From Camelus ferus (Eukaryota), in contig NC_045711.1 in assembly GCF_009834535.1 (NCBI RefSeq), forward strand, positions 1,240,001-1,304,000: DNA of 64,000 nucleotides, read 5' to 3'. The first letter of the stretch is position 1. The number at the start of each line of letters is the position of its first letter. Positions 35,713-47,700 of this stretch are shown here, piece after piece. Position numbers and translations under genes: made by a program. Below the pieces are notes generated by a model. It was given only the letters and a program-made list of their open reading frames with translations, made no database searches and was not told the DNA's origin.

Positions 35713-38700
35713 ATGGCTGCAGGGTCTGTCACTCTGGGCATCGACCTGGGCACCACGTCTGTGAAGGTGGCCCTGGTGGAGGCCGCGCCTGGCGACCCTT
35801 CCGGGTTCGTGGTACTGGCGAGCTGTGCCCGGGCTGCGCGAGCCGAGGTGGCGGCCCAGAGCGCGGCAGCCGGGCCCCAGGTGAGGCAGCCGCCTCCTCC
35901 AGGAGTCTTCTGACTCCCTCTTCCTCCTCAAAGAGGATTCCCTGGCTGCTCCAGCCTGTCTGATCCCTGCCTGCCTGCTGCAACTCCCTCCATCCGTTAG
36001 GTTTCGTCCCAGGAGCTTTCCTACCTGCTGGCACCGATCTCCCCTACTCTCTGGCCGTCTCTGGGAGCCTTGCCCTTGGCGCTGAATCCCCGTGCTCTCT
36101 GCCCTCCACTTTCTGTACCTGCGGGAAATTGCTCTTCGTATATGGAGTGATCTCAGGCCTGCTCATTCTTGCTGCTCTCTGCTCCTTGCATCTGCCAGCG
36201 TCCTCAAATTCAGGATTCAGTTTGTTCCCCAGGGCAGTGCCTGAGTTTTCCTTGAGAAATCAGATGCAGAATCAGGAGTAACCTGCTAGTCTCTCATCCC
36301 GCAGGAGTGGAATGTGGAGGGAGGAACCCAAATACTTGGACAGGAAACGTCCCTCCTGCCCTGAAGGCTGAGACACTTTGGAGGAAAGATGCCAAGATGG
36401 ATAGAAAGACATTGAGAGATACCTTGATTAAAATGTTTGGAAAAGTTCAGACTGATAATTATACATGAAAACTAGTGTTTTGTGAAAGCTACAAGGTAGA
36501 AATGGAGAATTTCACTGCTGTAGGCTCAGCTGTAAGATGTGGGTTCAGAAAGGATGTCAATCTTCAGTTCTGAATTCCATTAATTCCCTGGAAAAGGTAG
36601 CTCTATATTCAGTTAATTGACAATAGAAATTGACATCAAGAAACTTTCTGTGTAACCTCATGACTTTTTCTTCTGGATCTCAGCTTGTTCTCCAACTTGA
36701 AATAGATGACTTCTATGATCCCTTCCAGTCATAAACCTCAGTTTTCTGAGCCCAGTCCCACTCCGAACAGGTTTGTATTTCACAAACTGTTGCTACATAC
36801 CTGGACTCAGTTCTACAGGGTTCAGAGTCCATCTTGCTCAGAAGCATTTCAGAGGATAGATTTCAGGAGCACGTTGCATTTTCATAGAGCCTTTCAAAAT
36901 TAGTTTGGTTGAGGCATCAGGGCATTTTAGAATGATTATCTCACTTCATGGACTGTGAAATGGAGGCAAAGTCAGCTCTGACCCTGTGGAGGTGAGGAGC
37001 CAAGCTGGGATTACAGGGAGTGGGTTTAGGCAGTGCCCTTTTCTTGGTAATTCTTGCTTTCTTCCCATCCCCTAGTGTTCAGCAGGCTCTTCCGTGTTTA
37101 TAGGCACACCCAGTGCTCCACCCCTGCCTAAGGAGGGGTTTAGAGGGGGCAGTAATAGCCCCCATTGCATCCTCCACATGTGTCTTCTGCTCTGGGACAA
37201 ACGGCATTGCTGTAATTTCATCTATAGCAGGAATTCCCAACCTTGGCACTGTTGCTATTTCGGGTTGGATGATTCTTTGTTGTGGGGGCTGTCCTGTGGA
37301 TCATAGGATGTTTCGCAGCATTCCTGGCCTCTAACCCTCTGCATGCCGTAGAATCCTCCTTTCCAACTGTGACACCCTCAAATTTCTTCATGTTGCCAAA
37401 TTTTTTCTAGGGGACAAAAATCACCCCTGGGGTGAGAACTACTGATCTATGGAAACACCTGGTGACTCTGTTCTTTCCTCATTTCCATCCTTCTCTCTCT
37501 TTAGAAATATTGTGTATACCACGGTCAAGTCTGGCAGCCATGTGGAAGGTCAGACTTTTAGCTCTTTGAACTTTAAAATATCAGGATTTTTGAGGGAAGC
37601 TCTGTGACTCTGAGTTACTCATTTTCCTTCTCTGGGCTTCAGTTTCCCCATCTGTAAAAAGGGTGTTGGGGGGAGGAGGATTGAATGAGTTTCTAAGTTC
37701 TTTTTTCATATCTGAAATTCCAGGATATGACCTGGTCGTCGATCAATTGATATTCTGGAGCAGGGAATGGGGGCAGTGCCTTTCCTGTTACATTGTGGGT
37801 GTACCCATTGTCCAAGAATTCCTCCCCCGTCTCCCTCACCACTAAAATGCGAACTAACTGCCACACACTGACTTGTCTTCACTCCCATCTGGCCCATTTT
37901 CCTTCTCCGCTGTCCTCACCCACACAGCTCACCCACCCTGGGCCCATTTTTAAATAGCAGCTCCTCTGTCTTGGGTTCATGCACCCAACGTCTGATGGCC
38001 ATGTGGGAGCTATTTGAACCAGCCCTGTCCAATAGAAATATGAACCACGTGGGTAATTTTCAACTTTTGTAGCCGTATTAAAAAAAACTGTAAAGAGGGG
38101 AGGATACAGCTCAGTGGTAGTGTGTTTAGCATGCAGGAGATCCTGGGTTCAACCCCCAGTACCTCCATTAAATACATAAACAAATAAACCTAATTACTCG
38201 CACCCCCAATAAACTGTGAAAAGGAACCAGTGAAATTAATTTTAATTGCATATTTTATTTAACCCAATGTATCCAAACATATCATTTCAATATGTAATAA
38301 TCAATATAAAATTATTAAGTGGCTAGTGTGCTTTTTCTTTTCCTACTAAACCTGAAATCTGATACATAGTTGACAGTGACAGCACATTTCAGTTCAGACT
38401 AGCCACGTGTCATTAATGACTGCGTTGGACAGGGCAGGTTTAAACAAAGGTCTCTTCCCCACTTCCTTCTTCTTTTGCCATCTTCTTTCTTCCCTCCTGG
38501 GGGGTCAGGCACAGCCATGCACCTCCTCTCTGCCCCGTCGTTTACTGCCCAGGCAGTTCTGCTGTAATGTCTCCTGCATAGATAGTCTTGTTAGGATGTA
38601 GGGCTGCCTCCTCGAGAAAATGCAGTGTGCTCCCCCTCCGCTCCTTCCCCATCTCACCTCTCCTACCTTCCTTCTTTCTGCTTCTTTGGTCCTGTGTGTC

Positions 38701-41700
38701 TGGAGCCAAGTGCTGCCTCAGACCCAGGCCGGCAGGCCCACAGGGGACACAGGAAGGGTTTGTTGGGAGGAGGGGAGGCCTGCACTGCCTGCTGGAGGGA
38801 ACAAAGGGCCTGAGGGCTCAGTCTTCAGATGCTTATTCAACATCTTGAGCTTTTCCAGTTCCCCAAAGAACAGAGGTTGCTTAAGAGCTGAGCCACATTT
38901 CTCTTCCTCTCTGAATGTTCCCTGGATCCTTAGCGTTGTAATGTGTGAGTTTATTCTGTGAGGTGATTTTTGTGTGTCCCAAATACTTTACTTTGCTAGA
39001 GATCAAAATAAGTATTCAATTTATTAAATTCAGAACTCTAGTTCTTACTTAAGCTTTTAAATTTAGCTTATAAAGACTATTCCATTTATAAGCCTAACAT
39101 TTTATCCCTTGTTTTTGAGGGCCTCTGAATAATACTCAATGCCATATTAGTTAATTAAATGCCTTAGATGTTTTAAACTGCAGTATACATTTAATATATC
39201 TTCTTTTTTAGGTACTACAGTTATCTGACCTGAATCTTTTCAGAATACTTAAATAATTCTTATAAATCTAATAAATTAAATACATAGCTGTGTAAACCTT
39301 AAATGATCTTATATGTTTCAAGTCCTTTTTGTTTTCTTAAAAAATTGAAGTATAGTTGATTTACAATAGTGTGTTGGTTTCAGGTGTACAGCAAAGTGAT
39401 TTTGTTATATATATATAATATATATATATATTATATTACTGCTTGATTGGATTTGGCATTTTGTTAGCTCTAAGATACCTAAATGCATTTTCCCATCTGC
39501 CTCCCAAGACCTTTGAACTTTTCCAAATCCTGCATTCATTTCATATGCTTGTCTTTTAGGACCACAGGATGCTTAGAGACATTAATATGCTGTTGAATTA
39601 TATTCTGTCTATCTTGCATGCCTTTGTCTTTCAAGGTTATGCCTAGAGACATTTTCAAAGAGGCAGGAAGTGAGAAAAAAAGGCAAATCAGGGAAAAGAT
39701 GGTCCTGACTTTCCTGAATCTCTTTTCCACCCTGGGAAAATCTTCCCACACTCTCAGTCTCTGTGTATAGCTAAACCCTTTGCCCAATTAGTTTTCTGAA
39801 AACACAGCTCTGATGATGATACTTTCCCATTCAGAAAGCCCCAGGTGCTCCCCACTACCTTTTTTGGGCAGAGCCCCTCACTGATTGGGTCCCAGACTCT
39901 CCTCTTCTCCAGCCTTGTCTCCTACACCACCACCCACCACTGCCCATCCCCCTGGTGCAGTGCCCAGCTGTCCCCTGGGCTTCCTCCTTGCTTGCCTTCC
40001 CTAGGTGGGTTTTTGTTTCCAAGTCCAGGGCCTGGTCCTCAGGGCAGTCAGGAAATGTTTGCCAGATGGATGAAATGAAACTTGAGTAGAAGCCAACACT
40101 AGGTCCTGTCCTCAAGTGCTTTAGTCCTGGAGGTCTTTCTTGATTACATCTTTCTTGCTGGGTTCCTCCCTGCTGGGTTTCATCTTCCCCTTCCCCCAAC
40201 GCTCCATGTGCCTCACCAAAGACCTTGGCCTTGTTTTTCTTTGCAGGATGGCCTTTCTTGTGTTTTCCTGTCCATCCTGCTGGACTGTAAGCCCCTGTTG
40301 GCTCAGACTCTCCCATAGCAGACGGTAGAGCCTGGGTGGTCCGCGGTAGCACCTCATCTGTGAAGGGAGGAGTGGGACCTCACCCACCACATTCCTACTC
40401 CAGGCCCCACTGGAGGTGGCAGAGACCCCACTGGCCCACATCTCTTCCCTGAGGCCGGTCAGCTGGTCCTGGAAATGACCTCGGTGGAAATAGCTGGGCA
40501 GCCACCACCCAGGAAATCCCTTGAGGCCTCTGCCCTCCTCCCCCACCTGTGTGTACACTTCTGCGCAGCGTGTCCTGTTCTGTTTCCAGGGCCAAGAGCA
40601 GGATGTGAGGAGAATCATCCAGGCCCTCAATGAGTGCCTTGCTGCTCTTCCCCGGCAGCAGCTGTGGAAGGTCTGCAGCATCGGAGTGTCGGGACAGATG
40701 CATGGAGTCATGTTTTGGAAGACAGGCCAAGGTATGCTGGGCTCGGGAGTGATCACACGCTGTTGACAGTCACCCTGGAGCCAGAAAAGTGCCGCCAGGG
40801 GCTCTTCGTGAAGGGTCAGCTTATCCTGCTGTGTCTTGTGTTCTGTGTATAGCCTGTCTTGTTCAAATGTGTAATGAACAAGCAAACTGCCTGCTCACAC
40901 AAGCTTCATGAGCAGGGAAAGGGAGAAGAGTGAGTTCTCTCTGATTCTCTGTTGGAGTCCACGGAGTGGATTTTCTACAGCTTTCTCTATTTGGGCCGAT
41001 GTCTTGGAGCATCTGTGTCAACAACTAAGAAATTAGTATAGCTGCAGAGGATACCAGGACATAGAGGAAGTGCTTTTGAATTTGGGCATAGTTTTTGTGG
41101 TTTAACCTAATCACAGATATTTGTGCTTTTTAAATTCCAAGGTGCGTCCTTTTCATGGGCGCACTTGCCAAGCATTATTTATTTGGCTGTTTTATTTCAG
41201 AAGGTCTGCCACAGTGCAGAGGTGGGTGGCCTGTTCTCTTTGGCCTCCAGGAGGAGAACTAAGCCAGCAATACAGCAATGAGCACTTTGCATGCCAGGTG
41301 CTGAGCTAAGGATGTGACCTGCTTGAGCTCATTGAATTTTCCCGACACCCTTATGACGTGGGTCATACTATTGTCCCTTTTGTGCAGATGAGAAATTGAG
41401 GTTCAGGGAGGTTAATATAATATGCTCAGGGCTACGTGGCAGCAAGTGGTGACTCCAGCTTTCAAACCTGAGTCTGTCTGATGTCAGGAACTGAACTCTG
41501 AAAGGCCTCGGAGAGGACCAGAGACACAGTGGGGCACAATAGCTCAGTGGCAGGAGGAACTCCCCAGCAGAAGGTCCGCGGAAGGGTTAGGCTCCTGTAG
41601 GAAGTTGTGAGCTCCTGTTACAGTAAGCATTAAAAGAAATAAATTTTTTTTTAATTATAAAAATTTCTATGGGGACATCAAAGTAGGGAAAACAGTATTA

Positions 41701-44700
41701 TGAACTGACACATACCCATTATCCAGCTTCAAAAATACCAACATTTTGGGAGAGGGTATAGCTCAGTGGTAGAGCGTTTTCTTAGCATGCATGAGGTCCT
41801 GGGTTCAATCCCTAGCACCTCCATTAAAATAAATAAAAACCCAATTGCCTCCCCCCCAAACAAAAACAAACAAACAAAAAGCAACATTTTACTGCAGGTG
41901 TTTTAAGCAGAGGTTGGACGACTACTTTGCAGGGGGTGGCGGGGACAGCTGTAGTTAAAGAGATTTGAGCACTGGATTCATCCCTTTCTGCTTGGAGAGT
42001 CAGCAGTTTCGATTCCCCGGGGCCAAGGGAGTGGTGACTTGTGTCTCAGTAGCTTGAGTGGGGTCTGGTGATGCATCCTTTGACTGGTCCCCAGGATGGG
42101 CCTGGGTATCTGCAGAAGCCAGCACAGGCCCTCTCCCTCTCCTCTGCCAGTCATCAGGCCAGCTGGGACCACAGGAGCTACTTGGCTCCAATCAGTAGTC
42201 AGAGCAGAAGGCCGATTAGGATGTTAGAGCTGACCCCTCAGGGGGAGTCTAGGTTGTAAAAGCTTTTTAAACTCCTTAATTTTGTATTAATGAGAATAAA
42301 TGTCCTTTTAATACTAAAACCCTTCCCAAAGAGGACAGCAGAGATCTAAGGCATGTGGTCTGGTCACACGCCTTCCTTTCTGCCAGTCTCCTGGTCTCTG
42401 TAACAACCGCACAAACCATCGTCCACGTCGTTTGAGAGAGCTGCTTAATATTTCATTGAGCCCGCTCGCATGCCTTCTTGTTTTGTTTTCTGTTTCTGGG
42501 AAGGAGGAGAGCCATTGTTTGACAATAATGATACCTGCTTAGCAGAGTGAGTGAAATTATATATGAGATCAAGTCATTCGGCTTTTAATAGCGGCTGTGA
42601 ATTCAGTTTGGTTTCAGGATGCATGATATAGGAGGCTCTGTGCTGGGCCCCGCGGGAGACATTGGAACAGGGATGCAGCCCTGGCCTTCCAGGGCTCACT
42701 CAAGGCAGTCAACACAGACGGGCACCAGTAACCTGAGCAGAGAGCTAATTGCTTCCACGAGGGCACAGAGGGCACCGGCGAGCCAGTTGGAGGAGAGGAG
42801 AGGGAGTGACTAGTGTCTTCTGAGAGGCCTGTGGTTACACCTGTTTCCACATTCCATTTCCAGGCTCAGTAATAGCAGGAGAGAAGTGGGGATCATAAAA
42901 CCCAGCTAAAAGGCAGGCAGCAGACAGGGAGAAAATATTTGCTAGTGTATAGTAGACAGAAGAACGGACATGTGTACATATGAAGAACGAATAACAAAGA
43001 AAGGGCAAATGGCCCTGTGGAAAAATGGGCAGAGGAAACCAACAGGCACTTCCTAGAAGAGGAAATTCAAATAGCTAATAAACCTATGAAAAGATGCTCA
43101 GTGTCATTAGTAATTAGGGAAGTGCTGACGAAAACAACAATGAGAAATCATTTTCCAGCCACTGGATTGTAAGAAATAAAAGTTTGAGAATGTCAAGAGC
43201 TAGCAAAGGGGGTGGAAAATTGGTTCTTTTAAACGCCGCTGCTGTTAGTGTAAATGAGCATGTCTGTTTCGGAGGGCAGTTTGGCGGGGTATTAAAAATA
43301 AGAAAGCTGCAATGACTCAGCGGCCCTGTTACTTGGAATCTGTTCTGGAAAAGGGTTTCAACATGTATGTGCAAAAGAGGCATAACCGTGGTCGCTTGTT
43401 GCATTGTTGTTTATTGCAGTGAAAACAGTGATGTGTAACCGTGCTGTAGAATGGTTGGTACCCCATGCTGTAGAATGATATGTTTGGGAAGGGTCAGGTT
43501 ATCTTGCTGCCTCTTGTGGCAGAAATATTAGGCATGAAAAATATAATAGTTCAAATAAAGAACATAGTAGTTGGGACTGATAGCAGAACGGGTAGAACTT
43601 TGGAACAAGTTAGAGAATGAAAGATCAGACTGAGGACATCTCTCAGAAGGAAGAGGGGAAGGACAAAGAAGAAAATATTTTTTAAAAAAAGCTTAAGAGC
43701 TATTGAGGATACAAACAGAAGTACTAGTATCGGAATAATAGGAGACCTAGAAAGGCAAAAATAAAAATGGTAGAGGAGGAAATGTTTGAAGAATTAATGG
43801 TGAAAATTGCCTCATAAATAAGCTGGAATGCTGCAGAGAGGGCCCAGAGAATGTCAAAGAGGAGAGAGAGGGAAAAGCCCACAGCTAGCGGTATTGCAGT
43901 GACCTTTTAAGGATTTGAAAGACAAAGAGAATATTCTAAAAGCTTGTAGAGTGAAAGATCAGATCCCATATGAGTGCCTTAGAAGCATATTAACATCCGA
44001 TTTTTTCCAACAGCAACATTCCACTGTAAAGAGGCAATGGAATGGTACTGTGGTTGTCTACTGCCACAAAACAAACTACCTCCGAATTCAGTGTCTTAAA
44101 ACAGCAACCAGTTTTATTATGGCTTGTGATTTTAGGGGTCAGAACTGGACAGGGCTCAGCTGACCTATCTGCTCTACGTGGAGTTGATGGCAGTTGCTTG
44201 GGAGTACTTATCTGGTGGACAGACTAATCTGGAGGGTTCAGGGTGGCTCTGCTCAATGCCTGGTGCCTTGGTGGGGAAGCCTGGAAGCCTGGGCTCGGCT
44301 GGGGATGGTCTGCCAGATGCCTACACATGACTTCTCCATGTAGCCTCTCCAGCATGGTGGCCTCAGGGTGGTGGGACTTCTTATGTGGTGCCTGGCCTCC
44401 CCCAGAGTGAGTGCGCTAGGAGGCTCTGGTGGTTGCTGCAAGGCTTCTGATGACCTAGTTTTGAGAGTCCCAGGATGTCACTTCCACCACATTCTCTTGG
44501 TCAAGGAAACACCAAGGCCAGTCCAGATTCAAGGAAAAAGGACTTAGACTCTACCTCATAAGGGGAGGAGTAACAAAAACTTTGTGGTAATCTACCACAA
44601 ATCTACAAATAAATTTCTTAAGTATTGAAGACAAGGAACTTAAAACCGAGAGTATTATAATTGATTAAACTATCATTCAAATATGAGGATATGAAAATAT

Positions 44701-47700
44701 GCCCTGAGGCATATAGACCTTCAGGCACTTCAACGCAGAACTCTACCCTGGAAACAATTTGGGGTGAAATATTTAAATAAGAGCAGAGGAAAATTCAGGA
44801 GATAGTTCAAGCAATAAATGGAGGAAAGATGACCAGATTTCATAGTGAATTTTGATGTCTGAAAAATCCATTCGGTAAGACCAAAGGACAAGAGAAAATA
44901 TTATGTAACCATCCAGAATCAAGTCTAGCCAACATCATCATGGCTGGAAGGACAGAGACCAGGGGGCTTGTGAGTGTGCCAACTTCTTTTCTTACATGGG
45001 AGGGGGAGATACATCAACTTAAAAAATGAATAAAAAGGAGGGTAGAAGAAGCGAGGCAAATGGAGGGAGTAGTGACCTGCCTGGGGTCCACACAGCTGTT
45101 ACAGGTGGAGCGAGGTACTAAACCCAGGTGCTTTGGTGTCAGAACCCCTGAGTGCCAGTGCAGCATTGTCCTGGTGCTAAAATCTGTCCTGTAACCTCAC
45201 TAGCAGAGTAGTCTCAAGGACTTGCTGGTGGTCGGTAGCTCTTTTCTCCGTTTTTGGTCATCTCCTTTGTTCCAGGCTGTGAATGGACAGAGGGAGGGGC
45301 CGCCCCTGTGTTTGAGCCCAGAGCTGTGAGCCAGCTGGTCACGTGGCAGGATGGCCGGTGTAGCAGCAAGTTCCTGGCTTCTCTGCCCCAACCAGAGTCC
45401 CACCTCAGTGTGGCCACGGGGTTTGGCTGTGCAACTATCTTCTGGCTTTTGAAAAACAGGTATGGAAAATAGTTCCTTGAACTGGGTGATGAATTTCCAG
45501 GGGGAATGGCTAAAGGGCTGTACCTTCAGCTGGTCAGGATCCCTCCATATGCTGGACCATCCCTCAGTGAATGTGGCCCAGCAGAGGGTGGAGTCACAGG
45601 ACTTAGACTTGGTCTACCCCTGCTTCATTTTGCAGAGGGCTCTTCTTGGTTATCTGATTCTAACCCTGAGGGGGAAAGATGGGGCCAGAGAGGGCGAGGG
45701 GCTTGCCAAGGGTCACATGATGGGTTCATGGTGGGGTCAGGGCTGCTGAGAACGCCTGACATCCTGCTTTCCCAGGCATAGTGAGTTCTCTCCCCTAAGG
45801 CTGACTCTGGCCAGCTTGGCTTGGAGGTGCTGGGAGGTCCTCATCTTGGGAGTTCAGCTGTGGAAGGTCCATAACCTGAGGGGTCCTGGCTGCCACCCAG
45901 CTGCGCCATGTCTAGTCCACACTGCCCACAGTTAGGTGCGGCACATGCTTTCAAGTCGATATTAGACCACACTGAATTGTTTTGAAAAACAGCCCAGAGT
46001 CCCTGAAGTCCTACGATGTAGCTGGCACCATCCATGACTATGTGGTTGCCATGCTGTGTGGCTTGACAAGACCCCTGATGTCCGACCAGAATGCTGCTAG
46101 CTGGGGATATTTCAACACCAGGAGACAAAGCTGGAACTTAGAGATGTGAGTATAACCTTGCAGGATGGCTCGAGGCCAAAGGCAGAATCTTTACAGTGGG
46201 AGTTTCAGTGGGGCTTTTCCATCTGGGAATAGTGGAGGATTCCACGAGGCCAGGAATCAGGTTCCAATACCTCCCAGCCTGTTCCAATCTGTGGGTGTGG
46301 GTGGCCTGGCTGTAAGTGACATCCTTGGGGAGGGGTGCCACCCACCACGCCATGCAGTCCTGCTCCTCTGCTGTCACCCAGACTTAGGGTGGGGTCCTTT
46401 CTATGAGTTCTTCTTGTGATCTGGGTCCAGCCCGAAGATTCCAGAGAACAATTTCCATTCTTTAATATATTTTAAAATAGGGTCAAGCAATGAAAGCAGG
46501 GGGCTTGAGGGATGCCTTTTAAGTTCTTTTTAAACAATCATTTACCTTTTCAGGTCCAGAAATCAGTGCCCTATAAGTTCACTTCCTTCAGGGCCCAAAT
46601 TCTGAGCTCTGTAATAAAACAAAAAGCAACTGGTAGTTCAGGTAAAGGACTTTCTAGCATGTTTTATAAAATTGACAGCCCCATGTCCACTAACCCCGAG
46701 TGCTGAATGTGTTTGTTATCCAGGACATGGATGGGTTTGACTTTGGTTTGACCTGTGCTAACCAACTGTGACTTCGCTCTAAACCTCCAACTGCCTCCCT
46801 TTGCAGAGTGTTTTGCCCTCCGTTCAAACGCAGGAGGCCGGATGCCAATGATATCTGCCTCTTATCCAATCCTTTCTTTTCTTTTCTTTTTAAAATATAT
46901 TTTATGTTTATTTTTATGCATTTATTTAGTAGGGAGTGGTGGTAATTAGGTTTATTTATTTATTTAGTTTTTCGATGGAGGTACAGGGGATTGAACCCAG
47001 GACCTTGTACATGCTAAGCATGCACTCTACCACTCGAGCTATACCCTAACCCCCCCATTCTTTCTGATCCCCTCTGCTTACACTGGTTGTGTTCTTCCCC
47101 AGAAGGCCTATCCCAAGCTCCTGAAAGCCAGTGTTCACTCTTTAAACAACCCAAGCCTATTTCTCATGGTGTTAAAAAAGCCGAAGAGGCCGTCTGTGAA
47201 CACACTGGTTTCCAGCCTCTCTTCTCTAATGTGTATCCTATAGCGCTTTCCTTTGCTGACTTTCCTGGAAACAATGAAAAACAGAAAACAAACACCAGGT
47301 AGATATACTGTCCACTTTTGGTTTGCAGACTGAGGGCCGCAGGCTTTCCCGTCCACCTGCTCCCGGACATCGCCGAGCCCGGCAGCGTGGCGGGTAGAAC
47401 TTCGCGTGCATGGTTTGAAATCCCAAAGGGAACGCCGGTGGGCGTGGCCTTGGGTGATTTGCAGGCCTCAGTCTATTCCTGTATGGCCCAGAGGACGGAC
47501 GCAGGTAAGGCTTTCCTTGGTTCTCTCCTCAGACGTCTACTGGGGCCTCCTAAGCCCCAGCTCTGTGCGAGGGTCCGAGGGGCACATGTAGCCAGCAGTC
47601 TTGGCATCCTGTTGACTGGAAAACACTCTCATCCCTTACAGATGAAGCTCCTGCCCAGGGAGCTTACAATCCAGCAGGGCAAGTTCTGTCCTGACCACAG

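Noticed and set aside
41748-41822. tRNA-Ala(AGC)-like sequences (also at 38097, 46970-47050 minus, 49372)
   Set aside because: Acceptor stems are degraded, and each has a SINE tail and target-site duplication; these are tRNA-derived SINEs, not tRNA genes.
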